Source of the DNA: Bacteroidales bacterium
GTDB lineage: Bacteria; Bacteroidota; Bacteroidia; Bacteroidales; VadinHA17
Assembly (NCBI GenBank): GCA_035529055.1
Contig: DATKXL010000133.1
Location: 3,870-67,869 of the forward strand
Length of the DNA: 64,000 bases
Direction of reading: 5' to 3'
Below, in pieces: positions 9,565 through 20,808 of the stretch. How positions within the stretch are numbered: the stretch's first letter is position 1; the number at the start of each line of letters is the position of its first letter. The notes under the pieces were generated by a model, which was given only the letters and a program-made list of their open reading frames with translations, was not told where the DNA came from and did no database searches. A program made the position numbers and the translations under genes.

Positions 9565-11352
9565 CTACATTCTTTCAGGCATTTCAATACCCAGCAACCA
9601 CATTCCGGAAGCCAGAACCTCACTTGCAACTCCTGATAAAGCAAGTCTGAAATTTCTTAATGCCTCATTTTCCTCTCCAAGGATTGAGAAATCGTGATAA
9701 AACTGATTATATTCCCTGGCAAGCTCATAGCAATAATTTGCCACAACAGCAGGAGAGTAACCGTAGGCGGCTTCTGCCACAGTGTTGCTGAATTTACGGA
9801 GCAGTTTGATAAGCTCAATTTCCTTCTTGCCGGGTTTTGCCTGAGTAATAACTGAATTATCATGAATTATTCCCATTTGATCCGCTTTTCTGAAAACTGA
9901 CTTTATCCTGGCATAGGTGTATTGTATGAAAGGACCTGTATTTCCATTAAAATCAATAGATTCGACAGGATTAAATGTCATGTTTTTTCTCGGATCGACT
10001 TTAAGTATAAAATACTTAAGGGCTCCGAGTCCTATTTTTCTGAATATATCCTCTTTTTCTTCCTCGTTATATTCCGACAGTTTTCCTAATTCGAGTGAGA
10101 CTATCCGCGCCGTATCTTTCATCTCTTTAATAAGGTCGTCAGCATCCACGATTGTACCTTCCCGCGATTTCATTCTTCCTTCGGGAAGCTCAACCATACC
10201 ATAAGAGAAATGGATCAGTCCGTCTGCAAATTTGTATCCCATCTTTTTAAGAAGTGACTTCAACACCTGGAAATGGTAATTTTGTTCATTACCAACCACA
10301 TAGATAGTTTTATCAAATCCAAAATCATTATACCTGGCAACAGCCGTACCAAGATCCTGGGTCATATATACTGCTGTACCATCGGAACGGAGAAGAAGTT
10401 TCTGATCGAGTCCTTCGGATGTCAGGTCAGCCCATATCGAACTGTCATTATTTCTATATAGTAAATTATTCTGCAATGCGGAAAGAACAATGTTCCTGCC
10501 AATAATATAGGTATCGGATTCATAATAGATCTTATCGAAATCAACCCCAAGCATTTTGTATGTTTCATCAAACCCATCATAAACCCATGAATTCATTTTT
10601 TTCCAGAGATCAACCAGCTCTGTTTCGCCGGCTTCCCATCTAAGAAGCATCTCTCTGGCCTCCTGCATAAGAGGTGCCGCATTTCTGGCATCGGCTTCAT
10701 TCATCCCGGTGCTGATAAGATCATCAACCTGGGTTTTAAGTTCTTGTTCAAACCTCACATAGTATTTTCCAACAAGGTGGTCGCCTTTTATTCCTGACGA
10801 TTGAGGAGTTTCTCCTTCACCATATTTCTGCCACGCAAGCATCGATTTGCAGATATGTATCCCGCGATCGTTAACAATATTCGTTTTGATTACTTTGTGG
10901 CCGCAGGCAGAAAGTATCCGGTAAAGTGAAAACCCAAGCAAATTATTGCGGATATGTCCGAGATGCAAAGGTTTATTGGTATTGGGAGAGGAATATTCAA
11001 CAAGAACTACCCACGGGTCAGCACTCTGGCAATTTTTAAACAGATTCTTTTCCGCAGACAATCTCATGAAATAATCCACCCACCATTCGTCGCTTATTTC
11101 AAGGTTAAGAAAACCTTTAATAACATTATACCCTGTAACTGCCTTGAAATTTGAAACAAGATAATTTCCGATGTTCTCACCAGTCTGTTCGGGTGTGTTT
11201 TTAGAGAAGCGCAGGAGCGGAAAGACTATCAGGGTGAAATCCCCTTTAAAATCCTTTCTTGTTTCCTGCAACTGGATAAGGTCATCAGTTAAGTTACTAT
11301 TGTAAAGGAATTTTATAGCATCCCTTATCTTATCTTTTAAAATAATCTCCAT
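9565..11352 (-). CDS. argS: Arginine--tRNA ligase
   Basis: 595 aa with SSPNTNKPLHLGHIRNNLLG (HIGH-type motif). The C-terminal anticodon-binding domain ends in MPERM. Confidence 0.9.
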   Translation of the reverse strand: MEIILKDKIRDAIKFLYNSNLTDDLIQLQETRKDFKGDFTLIVFPLLRFSKNTPEQTGENIGNYLVSNFKAVTGYNVIKGFLNLEISDEWWVDYFMRLSAEKNLFKNCQSADPWVVLVEYSSPNTNKPLHLGHIRNNLLGFSLYRILSACGHKVIKTNIVNDRGIHICKSMLAWQKYGEGETPQSSGIKGDHLVGKYYVRFEQELKTQVDDLISTGMNEADARNAAPLMQEAREMLLRWEAGETELVDLWKKMNSWVYDGFDETYKMLGVDFDKIYYESDTYIIGRNIVLSALQNNLLYRNNDSSIWADLTSEGLDQKLLLRSDGTAVYMTQDLGTAVARYNDFGFDKTIYVVGNEQNYHFQVLKSLLKKMGYKFADGLIHFSYGMVELPEGRMKSREGTIVDADDLIKEMKDTARIVSLELGKLSEYNEEEKEDIFRKIGLGALKYFILKVDPRKNMTFNPVESIDFNGNTGPFIQYTYARIKSVFRKADQMGIIHDNSVITQAKPGKKEIELIKLLRKFSNTVAEAAYGYSPAVVANYCYELAREYNQFYHDFSILGEENEALRNFRLALSGVASEVLASGMWLLGIEMPERM

Positions 11353-11374
11353 TATCGCTAAAAATTTCCGCCTG

Positions 11375-11382
11375 CAAATATA
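11375..11382 (-). promoter_or_regulatory. -7 box (TAtaTTTG) for argS
   Basis: The reverse complement of caaatata, 23 nt upstream of ATG 11352. Confidence 0.45.
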
Positions 11383-11540
11383 ACATTTTAATAATATTGA
11401 CGTATAAATCGACAGGCTGATGGATGTTGGGTTCAGAATTTTGCTGCGATCAATCCGGTATTTATATGAACAGCCTTGTTAATTTGACAATCAGTCGTTT
11501 CTTTTTGATGAATGTGTTAGCAGATAATAAAAAGATATTA

Positions 11541-11548
11541 TAATTTTG
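11541..11548 (+). promoter_or_regulatory. -7 box (TAatTTTG) for the DUF1987 gene
   Basis: taattttg, 28 nt upstream of ATG 11576. Confidence 0.45.
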
Positions 11549-11575
11549 AATAAGATATTTAATTTCAAGAGCAAA

Positions 11576-12046
11576 ATGCTAAAAGAGCCCGTCATGAAGG
11601 AGCTAAAAACCATGTATGTTGAACCAACTGAGAAAACACCATTAATTGATCTTAATTATATGAGCGGTGAATTAATCCTCTCTGGCAAATCTATACCAAT
11701 TAATGCTCCCAGGATCTTTGAACCAGTGCTTGACTGGGTCTCTGAATATATTAAGAGCCCGAGACAAACCACAAATTTAAGGTTAAACCTTGAATATTTC
11801 AATACTGCCTCATCAATATGGCTGGCAAAAATAGTAAAAGCTCTTAGCGGAATAAAAAGCCCGGAATGTGTACTCATTCTGCATATATACTTTCCTATAG
11901 AAGACTTCGATGACATAGATGACATCAAGGATGATCTGAGTCCTGTTATTGATGTTATCAGCAGTGCAACCGTAAGTGTCGGCCTTAAAATATATGGTAC
12001 TGACACCGGTGGAAAGGTTCTTAAGGAATCGATGATTTTTATCTAG
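11576..12046 (+). CDS. DUF1987 / SiaC-like regulatory phosphoprotein family protein
   Basis: TPLIDLNYMSGELILSGKSIPINAPRIFEPVLDWV...LEYFNTASS fits the DUF1987 pattern as I remember it. The ORF-track TTG start (11546) lies inside the TAatTTTG box 11541..11548, so the first ATG (11576) is used; 11594 is also possible. Confidence 0.6.
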   Translation: MLKEPVMKELKTMYVEPTEKTPLIDLNYMSGELILSGKSIPINAPRIFEPVLDWVSEYIKSPRQTTNLRLNLEYFNTASSIWLAKIVKALSGIKSPECVLILHIYFPIEDFDDIDDIKDDLSPVIDVISSATVSVGLKIYGTDTGGKVLKESMIFI

Positions 12047-12132
12047 ATCTTTCACTCAATTTTGTACTGACAATAAGTCAATCTTCCAATTTTTTGACCT
12101 AACTTTATTACGTTAATTAATTGCATCACACC

Positions 12133-13632
12133 ATGCGACGAGTATGTTTTGTCTTGCTATCAATTTTTATCGTTATGGAAACATTTTCCCAAACCAGGTC
12201 AAATGACCGGCGACCGGTTGCCGCCGGCAGATTCTATTCAGCAGATAAAGAGACCCTTACAAGAGATATCCGGCAACTTTTTGAAAATTGTGTGAAGAGT
12301 CCCGGTAATCTTATGGTGAGAGCTGTGGTCACTCCTCATGCCGGGTATGTCTTCTCAGGCAAAGTAGCTGCATCGGCATTTTCGACCGTTGACCGGAACG
12401 CTACAATAAAAAATATTTTCATAATAGGATCAAGTCATGTAATGGCATTTGAAGGAGCATCAGTTTATAATACGGGGGACTTTATAACTCCTCTGGGGAA
12501 GCTTAAAGTGAACATGGAAATTGCTAACAAACTCAAAAGTGAAAACAGACTCTTTAACTTTCCTGTTACTGCTCATAACCAGGAACATAGCATTGAGGTT
12601 CAGATACCTCTTATTCAATATTATTTTACCTCTGATCCAATGATTGTTCCTATCATTATCGGTACAAATAATACCGGCAGCATTAAAAAGATTGCCGAAA
12701 TACTTAAACCATGGTTCGTACCTGAAAATTTGTTTGTTATAAGCAGCGATTTTTCGCATTATCCCGATTACATGAATGCAAATGAGATTGATAATTACAC
12801 TGCAAACAGTTTAATTTCAGGTAATTCCCAGACATTCCTCGAGGCTCTGAAGAAAAACTCAGCAAAGAATATTCCCGGATTATCAACAAGTATGTGCGGA
12901 TGGACCTCCGGACTTCTCTTACTTTATCTTGCTGAAGGGATTAACAATTTGGAATTCAAAAGGATAGATTACTGTAATTCCGGAGATTCCCGGTTTGGAA
13001 GCAAAGACGAGGTAGTGGGCTATCATGCAATTGCATTGATAGAAAAAAAAATCAAATCAGGATCAAACAACAATATGGCAGATGAGATATCTTTCACCAG
13101 GGAAGAAAAAGATAAATTATTAGATATTGCCAGGAACAGTATCCGTTCGATGTTGTATGATAAAAAGAGACTTTCAATCGATAATGGAAACCTTCCCGAT
13201 CTCTTCTATATGCCCCTGGGAGCTTTCGTCACCCTGAAAATAAATGGAAAACTCAGAGGCTGTATCGGGAGGTTCACCTCCTCCGACCCGCTCTATAAAG
13301 TAGTAATGGAATCAGCCCTCTCATCCGCTTTTGATGACAACCGTTTCTCTCCTCTTACAGAAGATGAGTTTGAAAAAACAGATATTGAAATTACTGTTCT
13401 CGGGCCATTGAAGAAAATCGATAATATTAAAGATATTGTACTTGGCAAACATGGGATATACATAAAAAAGGAGTTCAGATCGGGGACTATGCTACCTCAG
13501 GTAGCAACTGAAAATGGCTGGAATGTTGAAGAGTTCCTTGGATATACATCCCGTGATAAAGCAGGGATAGGATGGGAAGGCTGGAAAAATGCCGAGATAT
13601 TTATTTATGAAGGAATTGTACTTGAAGAATAG
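12133..13632 (+). CDS. Fused AmmeMemoRadiSam system protein B (Memo-like) / protein A (AMMECR1-like) with an N-terminal signal peptide
   Basis: N-terminal half: RRPVAAGRFYSADKETL...VVTPHAGYVFSGKVAASAF (Memo/dioxygenase-B-like). C-terminal half: LGAFVTLKINGKLRGCIGRF...DDNRFSPL (AMMECR1). Leader MRRVCFVLLSIFIVMETFSQ. ATG 12133 preferred over TTG 12121. Confidence 0.8.
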   Translation: MRRVCFVLLSIFIVMETFSQTRSNDRRPVAAGRFYSADKETLTRDIRQLFENCVKSPGNLMVRAVVTPHAGYVFSGKVAASAFSTVDRNATIKNIFIIGSSHVMAFEGASVYNTGDFITPLGKLKVNMEIANKLKSENRLFNFPVTAHNQEHSIEVQIPLIQYYFTSDPMIVPIIIGTNNTGSIKKIAEILKPWFVPENLFVISSDFSHYPDYMNANEIDNYTANSLISGNSQTFLEALKKNSAKNIPGLSTSMCGWTSGLLLLYLAEGINNLEFKRIDYCNSGDSRFGSKDEVVGYHAIALIEKKIKSGSNNNMADEISFTREEKDKLLDIARNSIRSMLYDKKRLSIDNGNLPDLFYMPLGAFVTLKINGKLRGCIGRFTSSDPLYKVVMESALSSAFDDNRFSPLTEDEFEKTDIEITVLGPLKKIDNIKDIVLGKHGIYIKKEFRSGTMLPQVATENGWNVEEFLGYTSRDKAGIGWEGWKNAEIFIYEGIVLEE

Positions 13633-13643
13633 AAAAAGTAACT

Positions 13644-16070
13644 ATGTATCATGTCGTTAGTACACTATTTACAGCTTTGGTTCTTTACCTGACAAGTTAT
13701 TTTTTCTACCGGATTGGCTTTTACTCTTTACAGGTTCACAGAAAACTCTGGAATTCTGCACTAGTAATTGCCTTTATTATAACAGCTCTGGCAGGGGTTT
13801 TTCTTGCTCTGCAGATAAGCCATAAGTGGAACCTCTCATTCGTCAAAACAATCCTTAAATGGCATGCTGAAGCCGGAATTGGTCTGGCTGCAATAGGGAT
13901 TTTCCATCTTATCTGGCACTTGTCATATTTTAAAAAACTGTTTGAAAAACAGGAGAAGATACCACTCGGCAAAGAGGGTCAAATACCGGAGTCACCAAAG
14001 ATGACCGCCAATTTGTTTGTAACAGGTTTTGTCAGTTCATCAATTCAGTTGTTGCTTATCAGGGAGATGATGAATATTTCGGGAGGTTATGAACTGATTA
14101 CCGGAACTTTCCTGGGATCATGGCTGATCGGATCGGGAATCGGCGCAGCCTTTGCAGGCAGTTCATCAATGAAAGACATCAGGAAAATAAACCTTGTCTT
14201 TTCTTTAAGCCCCTTCATATCGCTTTCCCTTTTATTTATATTCGCAAATTTATTTCTTAAAACCGGTGAGACTCCCTCTTTTCTGATCAGTTTAATCTTT
14301 ACGTTCATCGTTCTTATCCCATTTTGTCTGGCCTCGGGATTCACTTTCGTAAAACTTATTTATGCTGCACGGTCAGGTAATAATTTTATCCCAGGAAAAT
14401 CTTTTTCAATAGAAACAATTGGCGGGATCATAGCCGGAATTATTATAGCTTTCCTGAGTTCGGGTGTGCTGAATACTTATCAGATGATATTACTGGTAAT
14501 TATATCGGGATTTTCATTTGTTATGCTAACCTTCTACCTGAAGAACAAATCAGCGAGGCTGTTTTTTAAGCTATCAATTCTTATCATCTGCTCTCTGATA
14601 ATAATTTCCGAACCGGATGTTTCTTTCAGACAACTGCTGCTCCCGGGAATTGCAGTAAGAGAAACACAAGATACTCCATATGGCAATATTACCAGAGCTG
14701 AGTATGAAGGAGATCCTGCAGTATATTATAATCATCGCCTTCTTTCGTATAGTGATGATGTTATGGAGCGGGAAGAAGATATTCATTATGCCATGCTTCA
14801 GAGTGATCATCCTCAAAGTGTGCTGTTGATCTCAGGTTCAATTAACTCACATATTAATGAAATAATGAAGTATCCCGTTATGAAGGTTGTATATGTTGAA
14901 AGGGATCCTGCATTAATAAAATTTGAGAACTCTGCTCCTCTTCCGGAATTTCAGAACCTGAGAATTGAATATGAAGATGCATTCAGTTATATCAGGAAAT
15001 CTGATGAACTATTTGATGTGATTATAGTCCTTCTGCCACCACCCTCTTCTCTTCTGCTAAACAGATTTTACACAACAGATTTCTTTGAAACTGTTATTAA
15101 TAAACTTAATTCCGGCGGTGTTTTTTTATGCTCACCCGGTATCAACACCAATTACTTCAACAAAGAAGCGGTTAATCTTTATTCATCAGTATTCAACAGT
15201 CTGAGCGCTGTGTTTAAGAATGTACTGCCTGTTGCCGGTAATAAAATCTACTTTATTGCCTCCGGCAAAAATCTCTCCCCTGCCTTCTGCGATCTTACAA
15301 TGAGAAGAAATATAAGCAATGTTTATGTAGGCCCGGATTTTCTTGCAGATGACCTTACATTAATGAAATCTGAAGAGATTATCTCATTAATGGACAAGAA
15401 TATCTCACAGAACAGGTCAGCACATCCTGTTGCCTGTTTTTATTATCAGTCATTTAATCTGAGCAAAACCCTTAAGGAGAGAATCCCTGCACTTATACTT
15501 TTAATAATAATCTTCATTTTGCCAATCTTTACCATAAGAAGGAGTAATCTCATTATGTATTGCAGTGCATCGGCCCTGGCCGGTTTTGAAATTATCTTAT
15601 TGTTAGTTTTACAGCTTACGATAGGAAATATGTATCAGCTGACAGGACTGATTATTGCAGGACTGATGGCCGGACTGGCAGTCGGATCCGGAATTAATAT
15701 TCGTTATCTCAATAGACTATCTTTAAGGTTAAGGATTATTATGCTTTTTGCCTTCTATTTGCTGTCAGCTCTCCTTATTAATAATATCCTCTTTCTAAAA
15801 GGTGTATTACCGGTTGTAAGTTTAATTATTTTATCAGCTTTTTTGCCGGCGTTACTTACCGGCAACCTCTTCAGAGAGCTTACACTTGATAATAAAGGGA
15901 ATAGTAGTCCCTCATCTGTTTACAGTGCTGACCTGGCGGGTTCGGCTCTTGGATTTATCCTTTTCGCAGGACTAGCTGTTCCGGCGTTTGGAATAAAGGT
16001 TTCTGTTTTTCTGTTATCGGTAATGGTAATAGCCGGTTTTATGTTTGGCACAGTCAGAAACAAATATTAG
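13644..16070 (+). CDS. Polytopic membrane protein with a central spermidine-synthase-like (fused MFS/spermidine synthase type) domain
   Basis: 808 aa with many TM helices at both ends. The central soluble region VLLISGSINSHINEIMKYPVMKVVYVERDPALIKF...FDVIIVLLPPPSS resembles the class I methyltransferase/SpeE fold, but its glycine and Asp motifs are degenerate. Confidence 0.6.
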   Translation: MYHVVSTLFTALVLYLTSYFFYRIGFYSLQVHRKLWNSALVIAFIITALAGVFLALQISHKWNLSFVKTILKWHAEAGIGLAAIGIFHLIWHLSYFKKLFEKQEKIPLGKEGQIPESPKMTANLFVTGFVSSSIQLLLIREMMNISGGYELITGTFLGSWLIGSGIGAAFAGSSSMKDIRKINLVFSLSPFISLSLLFIFANLFLKTGETPSFLISLIFTFIVLIPFCLASGFTFVKLIYAARSGNNFIPGKSFSIETIGGIIAGIIIAFLSSGVLNTYQMILLVIISGFSFVMLTFYLKNKSARLFFKLSILIICSLIIISEPDVSFRQLLLPGIAVRETQDTPYGNITRAEYEGDPAVYYNHRLLSYSDDVMEREEDIHYAMLQSDHPQSVLLISGSINSHINEIMKYPVMKVVYVERDPALIKFENSAPLPEFQNLRIEYEDAFSYIRKSDELFDVIIVLLPPPSSLLLNRFYTTDFFETVINKLNSGGVFLCSPGINTNYFNKEAVNLYSSVFNSLSAVFKNVLPVAGNKIYFIASGKNLSPAFCDLTMRRNISNVYVGPDFLADDLTLMKSEEIISLMDKNISQNRSAHPVACFYYQSFNLSKTLKERIPALILLIIIFILPIFTIRRSNLIMYCSASALAGFEIILLLVLQLTIGNMYQLTGLIIAGLMAGLAVGSGINIRYLNRLSLRLRIIMLFAFYLLSALLINNILFLKGVLPVVSLIILSAFLPALLTGNLFRELTLDNKGNSSPSSVYSADLAGSALGFILFAGLAVPAFGIKVSVFLLSVMVIAGFMFGTVRNKY

Positions 16071-16104
16071 TTTTAATTAATTTTGAAGTGTTTATCTAAT
16101 TGAG

Positions 16105-17241
16105 ATGCAGGAGGCAAAAAATAAAATCAGCAAACGTGAATTTCTGAAGAAATGCATGGCATTTTCTGCAGGGACTATATGCTTACCGGACACCTCTGTT
16201 TTTTCAGACATTTTCGCCGATCAACCAGGTATTTACAAAAAAATCGCAATGTTCCAGGAGGAGACCGCCAGAGGCATAATGTGCAGGATCTGCCCAAATG
16301 AGTGCGTTCTCAAAGAGGGTGAATTGAGTAAATGTAATAATCGTAAAGTCTATAAATCGAAGCTTTACACCCTGGCATATGGTAATCCCTGTTCAGCTAA
16401 CGTTGATCCAATCGAAAAGAAACCGTTGTATCATTTTCTTCCCGGATCACGGGCATATTCAATAGCAACTGCAGGATGCAATCTTGTATGCCTGAACTGC
16501 CAGAACTGGACTATTTCTCAGACAAGCCCGGATAAGACAAGGAACTATGATCTGATGCCTGAAAAGGTGGTGGAAGAGTGTGTCAATAAGGGCTGCCTGT
16601 CAATCGCCTATACATACTCTGAACCTGTAACCTTTTATGAATATGTTTTTGATACGGCTGCTCTGGCAAGAAAAGCCGGCATAAAAAACATCATCAAATC
16701 GAACGGATATATCCATGAAGAGCCTCTTAGAAAATTATGCACAGTAATTGACGCAGCTAATATTGATTTGAAATCGTTCAGTGAAACCACTTATCTGAAG
16801 CTTACCGGAGGCAAGTTACAACCTGTACTCGATTCACTTAAAATAATAAAAGAAATGGGTATATGGCTGGAGATCACCAATCTTGTTGTTCCTAACTGGA
16901 CAGACAAACCTGAAGAGATAAGAAAAATGTGCAGATGGTTAAGCGACAACGGATTTAGTAAAACGCCCATTCATTTCAGCAGGTTCTATCCTACTCATAA
17001 ACTTGAACAGGTACCGCCGACTCCGGTGGAGGTCCTGAACAAAGTATCACAGATTGCAGCCGAGGAGGGATTAGTATATGTTTATACCGGAAATGTACCA
17101 GGGAACGAAAAATCTGACACAAGGTGTCCCTCATGCTACTCCACATTGATTATCAGGCAGGGTTATCGAATTGCATCCAATAACATAATTACAAACAAAT
17201 GCAGCAAATGCGGCAAGATCATTGAGGGGGTCTGGAGCTGA
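16105..17241 (+). CDS. AmmeMemoRadiSam system radical SAM enzyme
   Basis: CNLVCLNCQNW (CxxxCxxC), an upstream Cys cluster CRICPNEC...KCNNR, and a C-terminal CPSC...CSKCG ribbon. The N-terminal extension SKREFLKKCMAFSAGTICL resembles a Tat signal. Confidence 0.8.
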   Translation: MQEAKNKISKREFLKKCMAFSAGTICLPDTSVFSDIFADQPGIYKKIAMFQEETARGIMCRICPNECVLKEGELSKCNNRKVYKSKLYTLAYGNPCSANVDPIEKKPLYHFLPGSRAYSIATAGCNLVCLNCQNWTISQTSPDKTRNYDLMPEKVVEECVNKGCLSIAYTYSEPVTFYEYVFDTAALARKAGIKNIIKSNGYIHEEPLRKLCTVIDAANIDLKSFSETTYLKLTGGKLQPVLDSLKIIKEMGIWLEITNLVVPNWTDKPEEIRKMCRWLSDNGFSKTPIHFSRFYPTHKLEQVPPTPVEVLNKVSQIAAEEGLVYVYTGNVPGNEKSDTRCPSCYSTLIIRQGYRIASNNIITNKCSKCGKIIEGVWS

Positions 17242-17269
17242 AAATCAAATAATTAATTACTCATCATAA

Positions 17270-19297
<2,028 letters not shown>

Positions 19298-19330
19298 TAA
19301 TTTTCCAGAACATATATTAATAAAAACTGT

Positions 19331-19338
19331 TAGGTTTG
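19331..19338 (+). promoter_or_regulatory. -7 box (TAggTTTG) just upstream of the 19343 ORF
   Basis: taggtttg, only 5 nt from the ATG. This implies a leaderless or very short-leader mRNA. Confidence 0.35.
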
Positions 19339-19342
19339 CAGC

Positions 19343-19912
19343 ATGGATTTATTAAGCGGCATCAGGTTATACGCAGGCAGGGTAATACTCTCGGAAAAAG
19401 CAGCCAGGGTAAAAAGAAAGGCATCTTATATCAACCTGAATAATGTAAATAATATAGGTATAGCATGGAATGCATCCAGAACTGAAGATTTTACTGCTTT
19501 ATCGAGGTTCTATCAAAAAATGAAGGAAAGGAATATAGAGGTAAGCATTCTCGGCTATTTTCAGGGGAAAACACTTCCTGATCAATACACTGCAATACGG
19601 TATCTGGCATGTTTTAAAAAGAAAGACCTGGATTTATTTTATCGACCTGTTGTACAGGAGGTTAATTCTTTCATTAAAAACCGTTTCGATGTTCTGATCA
19701 ATATTAATTTCGAAAATCTGTTTCCGCTTTTATATGTCTCGGCATTATCTGAAGCAGGTTTGAAGATAGGGCTTTATGGTTCTGAAGCAGCATCTTTACC
19801 ATATGATCTTATGATGGAGTTAACGAACTCCATAAATGTTGAAAACTATCTTGAACATATACTTTACTATCTGGAAATAATTAATTCAGGATCTGTTAAA
19901 ACCGCAGTTTAA
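19343..19912 (+). CDS. Hypothetical protein upstream of dapA
   Basis: 189-aa intact ORF with no motif I recognise. A TAggTTTG box at 19331..19338 lies only 5 nt from the ATG. Confidence 0.5.
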   Translation: MDLLSGIRLYAGRVILSEKAARVKRKASYINLNNVNNIGIAWNASRTEDFTALSRFYQKMKERNIEVSILGYFQGKTLPDQYTAIRYLACFKKKDLDLFYRPVVQEVNSFIKNRFDVLININFENLFPLLYVSALSEAGLKIGLYGSEAASLPYDLMMELTNSINVENYLEHILYYLEIINSGSVKTAV

Positions 19913-19923
19913 TATTTATTAAA

Positions 19924-20808
19924 ATGAAGAAATTCAAAGGGACAGGGGTAGCCATTGTAACACCATTCAAGAACGATACAAGCATTGATTTTGCTGCTTT
20001 AGGCCGGGTCATAAATCATGTTATCAGCGGCGGGGTCAATTATATTGTCACGATGGGTACCACGGGTGAATCGTCAACTCTTACAAGAGATGAAAAAAAA
20101 GCGCTGATCTCATATGTCCTGGAGGTTGTTGACAATCGTATATCTGTAGTAGTCGGCATTGGGGGAAACAACACTCAGGAGGTTATAAATTCAGTCCGGC
20201 ACGCTGATCTTACCGGTGTTGACGGGATCTTGTCGGTTGCACCCTATTACAATAAACCAAATCAACGAGGATTATTCCAGCATTTTAAAGCAATTGCAAC
20301 CTGCAGCCCGGTACCAGTCATTATTTATAATGTCCCTGGAAGAACCTGCAGCAATATTTCTGCAGAGACCTGCCTTCAGCTTGCTGCTGAATGTGATAAC
20401 ATTGTGGGAATAAAAGAGGCATCCGGCGATATGAGTCAGATCATGAAAATTTTAAAGGGGAAACCTGAAAATTTTAATCTTATTTCAGGTGATGATATGA
20501 TGACTCTTGCAATAATTGCAGCTGGCGGAGCAGGCGTTATTTCGGTTCTGGCAAATGTTTTTCCAACGCAATGCAGTGAAATAGTAAACCTCTGTTTAAA
20601 GAATAATTTCAAACAGGCACGTGAAATTCAGTACAGGTTTCTTGAAATAACAGAATTACTCTTCGCTGAAGGCAATCCTTCAGGAATAAAAGCAATGCTT
20701 AACATTTTAAATATTTGTCCGAATAATCTCAGACTTCCACTGGTTCCTGTAAGCAGGACAACTTATGTAAGAATCCAGAAGGCGCTGGAAGAAGTGGGCA
20801 AAATCTGA
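19924..20808 (+). CDS. dapA: 4-hydroxy-tetrahydrodipicolinate synthase
   Basis: 294 aa with VTMGTTGESSTLT, IIYNVPGRT and GIKEASGD (active-site Lys). Confidence 0.9.
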   Translation: MKKFKGTGVAIVTPFKNDTSIDFAALGRVINHVISGGVNYIVTMGTTGESSTLTRDEKKALISYVLEVVDNRISVVVGIGGNNTQEVINSVRHADLTGVDGILSVAPYYNKPNQRGLFQHFKAIATCSPVPVIIYNVPGRTCSNISAETCLQLAAECDNIVGIKEASGDMSQIMKILKGKPENFNLISGDDMMTLAIIAAGGAGVISVLANVFPTQCSEIVNLCLKNNFKQAREIQYRFLEITELLFAEGNPSGIKAMLNILNICPNNLRLPLVPVSRTTYVRIQKALEEVGKI

